Notes: generated by a model not told the origin, from the letters alone. 64,000 nt of DNA from Lingula anatina (GCA_051362555.1 CM120640.1:1860001-1924000); one strand, 5' to 3'. Shown: positions 13,091-23,683, numbered from the stretch's first letter. Translations and numbers: made by a program.

Positions 13091-13292
13091 TTAAATTTGA
13101 TTGTACCATTTTTAGTTTCATATATTTTTTGCATATATTGAAAATTCTTGTTGATTGCATGTTTACAGCTTGTCAAGCACAAGACTGGTGGCTGTGTCCC
13201 TTATTTTGTGTATGTGGGGGTCTATACGAATGCGCTTGCTCCAGCTGGTGGTACAATATTCGGAGGCGGTATCGCCTCTCTGATCCTCTAGT

Positions 13293-13323
<31 letters not shown>

Positions 13324-15650
13324 TTTTTGGTATAGTTGTACACTCAACTGGTTAACGTTTGATGCAAATATTTACAAAGATGTTTTGTTGTTATCAAAGT
13401 TATTTTCTTGGGGTTGTTACTTATAAGTTAAGCCCAGTTAAGTTGAAATGATACATAACATTACGATGGACTTCAGATTTTTCCCAGTGAATAATATGCC
13501 ATGGGAGAGACGTCAAATCCAGTAGACCAGTAATAATGAGAAATTAAGCTTTTTTATTCAGAAAGAAAGAAAGAATGGACTTTTGTGATGTAAAGAAAGG
13601 ACAAAGCTTGTTTGGTAATTATCCAACATATTTCTGTTGGGAATGTTCTAATGAAAGGGAGAAAATTGTTCTTGGAGGTCCAGACCTTGGACATTTCCTT
13701 GGCAATGAGAGGTGCATTGCTGTTCTTAGTTAATGATGGTGATTGCTTCCCCAGCTTTATACATAGATCTACATGTATACATGTAGAACAAAGTATATCA
13801 TCCATCCCTTTTATATAATGTAAAGTTATTCAACTTTTGGTTGTTTGGGGTTGGGATAATTCTCAATCTTTCTTATAATTAACATTTAGCACAACTTTTG
13901 AGATCTTATGTATCACTCCTTGTTTTGACGGACTGCGATTCTGGCTCTTCCATCAAGCCTACCATGGCAGTGAACTATCAGCACGCAAGTTAACCATATT
14001 CCATTTGAAATGGCAGTACTAAAAGTGTTTGTAAGGCATCAATTTCTGCCATAAAAAAACGTTTAATAATCAAAACATTTAAGATTAACGCAAGCCTATT
14101 CAATACAGGTGTAAAGGGGGTGGATCCAGGATTATTTGATATAGTTAAACTTTGTCTGCGTTAATCCGAAATTGGTGGATTTACTGACCTAAATATAATA
14201 CTCATAACTCCAATTTTTCATCAAAAATTATTTTTTACCAAATTTGCCTATTAAAACGCCTGTCCTTTTACCCCCCCCCCCCCCCCAAAAAAAAAAAAAA
14301 AAAAAAAAGAGAGAGAGAGAGAAATAAAATAAATAATTATTATTTTTCACCTTGACGCCACTAAAACTTGTAAGGTCCCAAAACGCGCCTGGCTGCACTG
14401 ATAAGCCTGGTGGTGATTTGACTCGGCTTTTCCAAAACAAAACCTCATTATCGGTTGTATCATGGACACAATATTATGTCTATGGTTGTATTGTCACCCG
14501 TGCCCCTACCAGAACAACTCGGTATAACACCTCGAGTGTAAGCCGCAGGTGCCACCGTCCACAGCCGTCCACTATCGTCCACAAGCTTCCTCTCATATGA
14601 AATAGTTGGGAAATCAGCTGATATTGTAGACGACGTTACGCATAAAATCACTGAATCTTTTATTGTCTTATAGATAGCACGATTTGTTACAGTTTCGTTA
14701 TCACAATGAACACCTTATCTCGTTTGTCCGTTGTGTACGTTGGACTCTTGTACAAATCTAAAAAAAATAAAAAAAAATGACATAAGTATGCGGTAAACAG
14801 TAAACTCATAAAAACTAATATAAACAAATTACAGTATATACGTTAAATAAAAAGAAATACATTTTACTATTACTTACATTATATGCTATCTAGGGTGACC
14901 GACCGGTATGGTTGCTGCATATGTACTGAATTCTCTATATATCTCAATACCACACACACACACACACACACACACACCCATAATCACGTGACTGATTAGT
15001 GTTCGTATTATAAAGAGTGACCACAAGGTCATGTGACATGGCGCACTAACAGCTGATATATAGAAATTTAACGTAAGATGGTGCTTTACTAGGAAAAATA
15101 AAGTATATATAGGGCCCAGATAGAGGTCATGGACGCAGGCCTGTAGACGTTTTCAAAACGGAGAACCAGACTCGGTTGTCACCTTTGTTACATTGAAAAC
15201 CACGTAAAACGATGTATACTAGCCTTCCAAAATGCAAAAAGTAAAAAAAGCTCGTAAGTATATAGTAATAAAAATCGTTATAGCTAGGTTTCTTTTATAT
15301 TCAAAAAACGTTCAAGTTGACAGCTGAGCGTGCGGAGAACGGGCTGTGTATGCGTAAAAGCTACATTAGTGCACTGAATGCGGTTATTTCAATCAGAATC
15401 AAAATCAGATGTAAAATATAACAATTTATAAGATGTAATTGGCAGTTTCCATGATTTATATTTACAAATGGACTCTGCTTTTTAGGAAATGATAAAATAT
15501 ATTGTTCTAAACAGTCCCTACTTTTAATTATTCTATACTTAAATCCCTTTGGTGACGTTTACATATCGTTTGCATTTTGAGTTTATTTTAATAAGTGTAA
15601 TTGTTGTTCTGAAGTATGCCTTGTTTATCCCACGTGTCAAAACGAACTAG

Positions 15651-15887
15651 CCTGTGCTGACGCGGGACACTACTGATATGATCAGTTGTCATGGGTATAG
15701 AGTAGGTGTCCCTTGTTAACTTCTTTTAAAATACCTTTGATTATGCATGGACAGGTAAGTTGATTGCCCCTGTGCTGACGCGTGACGCTACTGATAAGAT
15801 CAGTTGCCATGGGTATAGAGTAGGTGTCCCCTGTCAATTTCTTCTTAAATGCCTTTGATTATGCATAGACAGGTAAGATGATTGCCC
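15651..15887. repeat. ~118-bp direct repeat (2 copies) upstream of the PHD ORF
   Basis: cctgtgctgacgcg...acaggtaag.tgattgccc at 15651 and ~15769, followed by TATAAAA at ~15937. Confidence 0.85.
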
Positions 15888-16049
15888 ACGCTTAATGTAA
15901 TCTTGTTTCATTACGTATGGCATTGTCTGAAAATCCTATAAAAGCCACGCTCAATCCAGTACCTGTCTTCATTCATAGCTTTGGCTCCCTGAACATACAT
16001 TGAACCGAGCGATTCGACGAACACGCGATTCGAAATCTTTACCGCAAAG

Positions 16050-17177
16050 ATGCCTAAGAGATATCCATGTGGCGATTGCAGGAAGGACACTGCCTACACT
16101 TTGTCCATATTCTGCCAGTCCTGTAATTTCTGGTTTCATAAAGAATGCCAGGGGTTAACAGAGACAGATTTCAAGGCTTTGGGGCAAAGTAAGCTAGGGT
16201 ATTGGTGCAAAAGTTGTAATTCAACCCCAGGTGGAGATTATGACTTTCACCAAGCCCTGCTGCGTCTTAAAGGTGTTGTCCCAGATAACCTTGAAGAAGC
16301 AGCACGACAAGAAGGCATTTTCATGAAGATTTTTGGGGTAAGTACAACTCATTTTCAAGGCAACCTTCACCATTTCTCTGCTGGTGAAGGCCTTACTGTA
16401 GATTCTACTGCAGTGGACATCTTGGTGTTATGTAGGGGCGTCCCAAAAGGTAGAAAACCAATCCGCGTCTCTGGTAACGGCAGTTTGTTCCATTCTGTTT
16501 CTGTTGCTCTTTGTGGTTCCGAGAGATTGGCAAATGAGCTTCGTGTCCGTTGCAGCGTGGAAATGTCTGAAAATGAAGGGTTCTATAAGCTGCAGCACAC
16601 TGACAATTACTGGGAGGCCCTGAATGCTGATTTCAATGATGCGCGAATGGATTGTGTCAAAGGGAACGAATCCACTGGCTGGACAATTCACGCTCTTTCT
16701 TCTGTTGTTGGTCGCCCAATAATATCTGTCTATCCTCATATGAACGGATTACTCGATCCAGCCTTTGGATGCCTTGGCCAAACCTTTGAGCCAAGGCTAC
16801 CGTTTAACAATCGTGTGACCCCAGTAGTAGTTATGTGGTCCCGTCTCTATGGTACCGGCGAGGGTACTGGTACTTGGACTCCGGACCATTTCGCTCCGCT
16901 TATTGAGTGTTCAGATAAGGACAGTTCCCCAGTGCACGATCGTGAGAATCCTGAAACACCACCTCAGAAGCGGTCACGTAAAGACGCATCCTACATCACC
17001 ATGTGCCTCCCAGTGACCGAGTTGGCACCCACTGACGCCATCATAGATATTTCTGACGACGAAAACGGCGATTTTGTTTTTACTCCCGATTCAAACTCCG
17101 AAGGGGAAAGCGACTTGCCAGAAATGCTTGGAATAAGCATTACTAGATTTCAAGCTCCAGAAACGCTGTTAGTATAG
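16050..17177 (+). CDS. Intronless PHD finger + vertnin/OTU-like protease-fold ORF, transposon-derived and probably pseudogenised
   Basis: C4HC3 PHD finger (CGDC...CQSCNFWFHKEC...WCKSC). GNGSLFHSVSVAL...ELRVR, ALSSVVGRPIISVYP and PDHFAPL resemble vertnin-like OTU domains. Coding-like sequence continues in another frame after the stop. Confidence 0.8.
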   Translation: MPKRYPCGDCRKDTAYTLSIFCQSCNFWFHKECQGLTETDFKALGQSKLGYWCKSCNSTPGGDYDFHQALLRLKGVVPDNLEEAARQEGIFMKIFGVSTTHFQGNLHHFSAGEGLTVDSTAVDILVLCRGVPKGRKPIRVSGNGSLFHSVSVALCGSERLANELRVRCSVEMSENEGFYKLQHTDNYWEALNADFNDARMDCVKGNESTGWTIHALSSVVGRPIISVYPHMNGLLDPAFGCLGQTFEPRLPFNNRVTPVVVMWSRLYGTGEGTGTWTPDHFAPLIECSDKDSSPVHDRENPETPPQKRSRKDASYITMCLPVTELAPTDAIIDISDDENGDFVFTPDSNSEGESDLPEMLGISITRFQAPETLLV

Positions 17178-17846
17178 TTTGCAACCCACCGAAAGTCGAA
17201 TCCAGTATACCGCGTGGAATAAAAGAAAACGTCTATTTTGTTGTAGACAACAGTGACAATCGAAAACGACATGAAAAAGGGAAAAAGAGTCAGTTTACGG
17301 ATGACTGTGGGGTATGGGATAGCAAGTGTTCCTCTACAAAATCGTGTCATTATGTTCATACAGAGAGAAGTTTAAAATTCGTCATTGAGAAAAAAGGGAG
17401 TTATGGAACTCTCGTTCGTAAAGCCTGGACACCGTTAGTCCCTCAACCATTACAAAGTGAAATCCTCACACTAAAACATCATTACTCCACTTTAAAAAGA
17501 CAAAGTGCCTTTAAGAGAAGAATAACCTGGCTTGAAAAAGTGCCCGATTCCCTGAAAGAAAGAAGCCCCTTGTCTGATTCTGTGGCAATAGTTGAGTATG
17601 TAGGATTTTGGCTGCAAATGGCTTCTGTTCATGGCAACTCCAAAACATCTTAAAGAACGCGATGAGGAAGTCGTGTCGGATGCTTCAGTCAGGAAATTTA
17701 ATTCGCAGTTGGTGAAGGAATTCGAAGATCCTGAAAACGCGCCACGAGACGTAAAGCGAGTTCAAAATACCAAGTACAAGCGTAACAGAAACGAGATTCC
17801 TCGCGAAAACCGTCGCAATAATGCCGATGACATTCAGAGATTTTTC
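17168..17846 (+). pseudogene. Frameshifted, truncated continuation of the transposon ORF (resembles the N-terminal region of MULE-like transposases)
   Basis: A shifted frame is open for ~160 codons to 17653: IPRGIKENVYFVVDN...DDCGVW...FKRRITW...AIVEYVG...HGNSK. A further frame gives PRDVKRVQNTKY...NNADDIQR, cut off by the tandem array. Confidence 0.7.
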
Positions 17847-18560
17847 CTTCTACGTGGTGGGTTTCCCTAGTAGTTTCAATAACAAAAACGCGTAAAGAGA
17901 GTTTTTCTTCTGCTACGCGGTGGGTTACCCTAGCAGTTTCCAAAATAAATAAATAAATAAATAAATTAATAAATAAATTAATAAATAAACACGTTAAGAA
18001 TTTTTTTCTTCTGCTACGTGGTGAGTTACCCTAGCAGTTTCCAAAATAAATAAATAAGTACCCTAGCAGATTCTATAAAAATAAATAAATAAATAAACAC
18101 GTAAAGTATTTTTTTTTCTTCTGCTACGTGGTGGGTTACCCTAGCAGTTTCCAAAATAAATAAATAAGTACCCTAGCAGTTTCAATAAAAATAAATAAAT
18201 AAAAATAAACACGTAAAGAATTTTTTCTTCTGCTACGCGGTGGGTTACCCTAGCAGTTTACAAAATAAATTAATAAATAAAAATAAACACGTAAAGAATT
18301 TTTTCTTCTGCTACGTGGTGGGTTACCCTAGCAGCTTTTTCAATAACAAAAACGCGTAAAGAGAGTTTTTCTTCTGCTACGCGGTGGGTTACCCTAGCAG
18401 TTTCCAAAATAAATAAATAAGTACCCAAGCAGTTTCAATAAAAATACGCGTAAGAGATTTCTAAAATGTGACCCCTGCGGGGCTCCGTAGTTTCTTCTGC
18501 TACGTGGTGGGTTACCCTAGCAGTTTCCAATAAATAAATAAATAAATAAATAAATAAACA
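17843..18560. repeat. Tandem array of about 8 hairpin units separated by variable (TAAA)n linkers
   Basis: Core tttttcttCTGCTAcg(c/t)ggtGGGTTACCCTAGCAGttt repeated at roughly 60-130 bp spacing. Confidence 0.92.
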
Positions 18561-18583
18561 GGTTAAAGTCCGAAAGCAATAAA

Positions 18584-19290
18584 AATGAACTCGTAAAGAA
18601 TTATGATTTGTGATTCAGCCCATGTGAAAGATCTGCGACACTACGACCCTGGAAGATGGCCCAGTGCGGCGCTTCGACCAGTTTTTATAGTGATTGGCAC
18701 ATTATATTTCTGACCAGGTATCGGTTTTAAGTAATACTAATAGGTGAAGGGGTTATCTCTCAGCAGTTCCTTGATCGTGTTGCTTGCGTTTAGGGGGCGG
18801 GGTCTTTTCAGATTTGTGAGTCAGCCCATGTGAAAGGTCTGCGACACTACGACCCTGGAAGATAGTACAGTGTGTGGCACTACGACCTGGCTCCTACACC
18901 GCACCAGCATCAGAGCTAAAAGAGCACCGGCAGTGGTATCAAGGCGCCTCCGAAAGTTGCTTCCGTTCAAAGAAGACTCATCTACTACCTATTAACGGTC
19001 CTTTTCAGGACCACCCACTTATCTCAGAAAAGGTTTACAATATGTTCCAATCAACTAGTATGCCCGCTTGAGAGTTGGTCTTGCTTTTTTATACATTTGG
19101 TGACCCTGAAAATTATCATCAAAATTGAGAGCACGAAGAGACAAGGGTTTCCTGAAGGGATCTGTTCAGGTAAAAATATCCCAATGCCGAGAGGTGAAGG
19201 TCACCTTCCTTAAAGTATGAAATGTTGGGCCTCTTGAGTCGCGTGTAACTCCAAAAGCGCACACCCTCTTCATGATTTAAACACCCAAAC
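18584..19290. pseudogene. Fragments of an SGNH/GDSL-hydrolase-like ORF (transposon-associated type)
   Basis: Minus strand 19119-19290 reads EEGVRFWSYTRL...YFKEGDLHLSALGYFYLNRSL, resembling the block V DGxHL region. Plus strand has IMICDSAHVKDL, resembling block I, duplicated at ~18606 and ~18812. Confidence 0.4.
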
Positions 19291-19761
19291 CCAATATAGA
19301 GGTGCATTTCACATGCTGAAGTGTCATAAAATAAAGTTGAATGAATTCAATTTTTTAAAGCGTATATGTGTATAGAACAGAAACTGTCTCAATTTAAATA
19401 AAAATTAAATTGAAATAAAATTTAAGTCCATTTTATTAAGCAAAGAGCCCTAAATGGCAACATGACGTTCCGGGTCATTTAATTTTAATTTTTATACCGC
19501 ATTCCAATATATTTTGTAGTGGTTCAGTAAATTTGACATGACGTAAGGATGCTTTTTTATATATTTTAAGGGGCTTTGCGTCATAGACTAATACTGTTCC
19601 CTAAAAAATTGTCTTTTGGCTACTTGGTGCAAGAGAAAACAATGTTTTCTTTTGCTGACTGAAAAATATATTGTGAATTCCATGATAGTTTGACATTTCT
19701 GATATACAATATTTGGAGCACGAGGGGAAAATAATTTATTTTATGTTTATTTTACTGTCGG

Positions 19762-20105
19762 TAGGGGCGAATCCAGGATTATATTATTTGAAGGGGGGGG
19801 GGGGGGGGGGGGAGTCGCGCCTCCCCACTTGGCGTGGGGTCCGGGGCCCGCTGGAGAGCCCAAACATTTTTGGTATATTTTTAGAGGGCGAACGGTGCCA
19901 TTTGGGATTTGGTACGGCTTATGATTCTATATAGAAGATTATCATAATTTTATATGTTATACATGTAGGAGATAAATCAAAGACCAAAACTAGCGATGAT
20001 TGAATTTTCAAAATGAGTAAAACGTTTCACAGTTGAAAGTTTTGCGTTTGTGACAGTAACGTATGTTCACCTGGGGTTCGCAAATGGTCGTCCTGCAACC
20101 GCCTG
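19762..20105. mobile_element. Degenerate (C)AGGGGCGGATCCAGG-type MITE (similar remnant at ~14113-14391)
   Basis: Starts aggggcgaatccagga, contains a poly-G run, and ends aaccgcctg. Confidence 0.45.
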
Positions 20106-20712
20106 ATGTGTCTCCTAGCTAAGATGAGAATACTCGATCCATCTTGCTTTCCAGGCATGGTTAGAGTGATGGATAACCTTAGAGAATACTTGCTTTTTTA
20201 TATTCAGCATACTTGACTCCAAACATTGGCTCGCGACCGGGGTACCCCTGACTGTAATCACCTTAGATGATCAAAGGTAAGAACGATCAGTTTGCCGGAG
20301 GCACGCGCCCGGCGTACCCCTGATCGTTATCACCTTAACTGTCCTCCAAGCCGGTCCTCGGCTGATCAAAGGTAATTAGCATAAAGTTTCTGGAGACACA
20401 CGGCCGGCTTATCCCTGATTCTAATAAAAAAAGGCAATTTAAAATTAAATTTACCAGAGGTACACGACCGACCTACAACGAGGCTGTCAAGGTAAGGTAA
20501 GGTAAGGTGAAAAGGTCGAAGGGCGTCTATGACAACCAACAGGACCCTTGGATCACAACTGACAGAAATGCCTTAAGCTTCAAGTCGCATACACTCTCAC
20601 CTATGGGGTAAGGATCGATAAATAGACATTATATTACACCTGAGCATGTAAAGGTCTGACATCAAGGCAGCGCCGAGGCTCGTGAAGAAGTAAACGAGAA
20701 AAATTAATTAAG

Positions 20713-21453
20713 ATGGCGTCATTAGTGTTACATATCCTGGTCGTCTTGTTGTGTGCTGTTCTCCAGTGCTCAGACTCGTGTTCCGTAGTGGGCGTTCCCC
20801 GAACCTGGGACATGACGGAGGTCCTTTCCAAGGCAGACATCGTTGTCTATGGGGAAGACGTCCGACATTACGAACTGAATGATACGTCGCAATACCCCGA
20901 GACGCCCCAGAAAACCAACGCAATATTTCGCGTCTTCTGTATCTACAAAAACTCGGAGCAAGGGGATTTTCCTGAAAATATTACCATTGATAGGGTCAGC
21001 CCACGACATACGTGTTCCAGGAATGAAATATCCGAGGGGAAACAGTACATAATTGGGCTAAAGAAAAATGCGGACGGGTCCTACATATTTCACGAATTAA
21101 GCGTTATGAATTCTGTAGCTTTCGACGCAAGCGATGCAAATTTTAAGAAGATCGTAGATTTGTGTGGATTGACCAATGTTCAGCTCCCCACGGGGAGAGA
21201 GCAGTCGTTAATTAGCATGTGTCCCACTGCAGCTGCCAATGTTACATGTAAGGAACCCAACATACTAGGCACAGCCGCCCCCCCGACACCCAAGTGTGTT
21301 TGGAACATTTTTGTGTTTTACTCTGTCCTTGGTAATGTCATGGTTATGTTCGGCGCGATAAGTGATGGCAGTCTGTCCCATTGTTTTCCGTTGAGAAATG
21401 CAAGTAACTCTGAAAATACTGGCCTCTCAGCTTTGAGAATGGCCGAACTATGA
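20713..21453 (+). CDS. Secreted/membrane protein with an NtA (agrin N-terminal)/TIMP-like OB-fold domain
   Basis: Kozak context aagATGG. Signal peptide MASLVLHILVVLLCAVLQCSDS-C. Motifs CS...LSKADIVVYG, FRVFCIYK, C...EGKQYIIGL. Hydrophobic segment near the C-terminus. A strong donor-like site (cat|gtaagg, ~21247) makes the 3' end uncertain. Confidence 0.75.
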   Translation: MASLVLHILVVLLCAVLQCSDSCSVVGVPRTWDMTEVLSKADIVVYGEDVRHYELNDTSQYPETPQKTNAIFRVFCIYKNSEQGDFPENITIDRVSPRHTCSRNEISEGKQYIIGLKKNADGSYIFHELSVMNSVAFDASDANFKKIVDLCGLTNVQLPTGREQSLISMCPTAAANVTCKEPNILGTAAPPTPKCVWNIFVFYSVLGNVMVMFGAISDGSLSHCFPLRNASNSENTGLSALRMAEL

Positions 21454-22029
21454 ACTGTTATGTCCACCATACTGGGTACCTATACATTAAAAGTTGTCTA
21501 ATGTAAGAATCAATGTGCTGACATGTACCCAGCCAGCATTTATGCACTTTTGGTCTTCACCATTGAAACTTTTGTGATATATGCTCACGCGCAGTGTGTA
21601 AAGTTCATTACTAACATCACAAAATTTTAAAATGGTGGCATTGTTTTTTAATATGTTGCATTAAAATTGTCCAAAATCTTATCTCGTGCAATGCCTCTGT
21701 AAAACAGTATATATGAAAGAAAAACTGTGTTACTATCCTCAAAGGAATGATTCTTATGAGTAAAATGCAGTTTAAGTTGGAAAAGCAGCCTGATGAAATT
21801 TTTTCTCAAGATATTATGCAGTTATTTTTTATTTAACTTCTCATTTTGCCCACACTGCATTTTTTATTTGTGGTTTTGAAATTCTATGAACCTAAGGTTC
21901 TATATGATATAAACATTTTTTGATTGTCCATGTTAACTGTTGTACATAATGAAAATTGGTGGTGATAATGTTGTTAAGGATTTTGTAATATTGCTTTAAA
22001 TTGACAAAAGAACCTTATTTGTGCATCTG

Positions 22030-22069
22030 CTGTATATGTCTGTACATTTGGCAGCTTACTGCCTTGTTT
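22030..22069 (+). mobile_element. Orphan 3' terminus of the Helentron-type family seen at 8784-11790
   Basis: gtctgtacatttggcagcttactgccttgttt matches 11757-11790. A more degenerate copy lies at ~38435-38465. Confidence 0.65.
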
Positions 22070-23159
22070 AAGACACAGAAGTATGTTTAAACTTGCATGC
22101 AAAATTACAAATAGACTCAGGTTAGAAGCTTACATTGACCATCTATTTATATAATACCCATGAATAAAGTCTTGTACACAAACTGAATGCACTAGAAGAA
22201 ATTTTTTATTTCACAATATTAATACACTCCACTAACAAAGAGACCAAAATTCAGTCCATATGTTTCTATGGCCAAAATTCTCTGCCTGTCAATAAGTTCT
22301 TAGCTCAGATTGTGCAAAATATCAAATTTTCCATAAAGTGTGAAAACAATATTATATCATTAATCTGATGGTTTTACAGGAATGCTTTATATTTTCCCAG
22401 AGCTAACTAAATGGTCCTTCATTCTCTGATAAACACGGAACTGATTTGGTAGTACATGTAAGATGAGATTCAATGCTTCAATGTATTATAATAAATTGGC
22501 AATAAAACCTATTTTTAATATGAAATACACTTAAATACACCCACTGCCAGTAAAAATAAATTTTTCAATACGAGATTCAAGCATAAAATAGTTTCTTATT
22601 ATGCTACTGTGTTTAAAACATAGCTGCCATAGTTTCATTTGTGAAAAAGAGATCGTCATTACATCATATTTAACAAACTCAACATAATTAAATAAGCATA
22701 ATTAACAAACTCAAAAGAATGAGCTAAAGGATCAATGCCTGGGCAATCCAACCGAACATGGAATGATTCATAATTTTCAACAAGAAGTAAACTATCTGGA
22801 ATGAGTTTTAAATACATGATTACCAAAAGCCTAAAGGTAATTTTAGATTTAACATGATTATCTTAATGCCAAAATGCCTTTATCCATCTGACAATCTTTC
22901 AAGATATAATCTGATCCAAAAGATCTTTTTGAAGTGACATCTTTTAAATATTTTAACACAATACAGGGAATGGTCATGTATCAAATTGGAAGTAAACACT
23001 TGGAATGGGTTCAACAAGTTAGCTACAAATACCAAATGGCACTTTTTAGAGATTCTTTTTCCTTTTGACAATTCACTTTTAATGAATATACTAGTTGATC
23101 CAATTAGTCTCTACTTTTTATGGTATAAGGTATCTTAAAACATTACAGATATCATCTAA

Positions 23160-23385
23160 GGGCGTATTTCCAGAGATTTAGATCGATCCAGGAATTAAAA
23201 TTTAGATCGACCTAACTCCCTGGGGGTTCACGCTAAATTGCAGTCAGACGAGGGCGCACCATAGTTAATTACCCACTTACAGCTTTTAGTAGGCGGGACA
23301 GACGCTTAAGCCGGCCAAGCTGACAGTAATCTAGTGAGACTCCCCACAGGGATAGATCGATCTAAAAATCTATGGAAATGGGGTG
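23160..23385 (+). mobile_element. PIF/Harbinger-like MITE, diverged subfamily (copy C), 226 bp
   Basis: TAA/TAA TSD. TIRs GGGCGTATTTCCAGAGATTT / AAATCTATGGAAATGGGGTG. Core homologous to 10752 and 30030. Confidence 0.85.
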
Positions 23386-23396
23386 TAAGAGTTACA

Positions 23397-23683
23397 GGCC
23401 TACCCAACTACCAGACTCGACACAGAATGATCCTGCATTCACTGGGAGATAGGACCACACTACCCGTTTTCAGGGTGTGCGCATTTCACAGTATCATACC
23501 CCCAAACAAATTTTGAGATGAAATGCACTACTTTCCAACCCAGCTCAAAAGCATTGCTATCACAACGTGTACTAGGCAAGAGCAGTGTTGCATCTGATAC
23601 GCCAAAGCGCGTACTGACACACACCTTGAAAACGGGTAGTGTGGTCTGATCAACCAGTGTTGAGTCTGGTAGTTGGGTAGACC
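23397..23683. mobile_element. Fold-back MITE in the GCAT 3' UTR region
   Basis: Outer inverted repeat ggcctacccaactaccagactcgacac / gtgttgagtctggtagttgggtagacc. Inner inverted repeat gaccacactacccgttttcagggtgtg / cacaccttgaaaacgggtagtgtggtc. Confidence 0.85.

Larger units (their letters stand above)
8105..13293 (+). mobile_element. Non-autonomous Helentron-type element (HINE/DINE-1/pearl-like), outer element
   Basis: Subterminal inverted repeat ATTGTACCACCAGC (8110-8123) / GCTGGTGGTACAAT (13244-13257). 5' hairpin gtaccaccagcg-tagg-cgctggcggtac. 3' palindrome GAGGCG-gtat-CGCCTC (13263-13278) followed by CTAGTT. (TTTA)n lies on both sides, and there is an internal tandem array. Confidence 0.8.

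Noticed and set aside
13554-13960. Possible decayed coding fragment on the minus strand
   Set aside because: No recognisable motif and multiple stops; cannot be supported without a search.
17843-18560. CRISPR-like array (hairpin repeats with variable spacers)
   Set aside because: Spacers are (TAAA)n variants of each other rather than unique sequences, no cas genes are present, and the context is eukaryotic.
15110-19602. Possible TIR pair for the PHD-OTU element (tagggcccagatag... / rc tagggaacagtatt...)
   Set aside because: Similarity is patchy over ~27 bp, does not extend inward, and has no convincing TSD. Element boundaries remain undefined.
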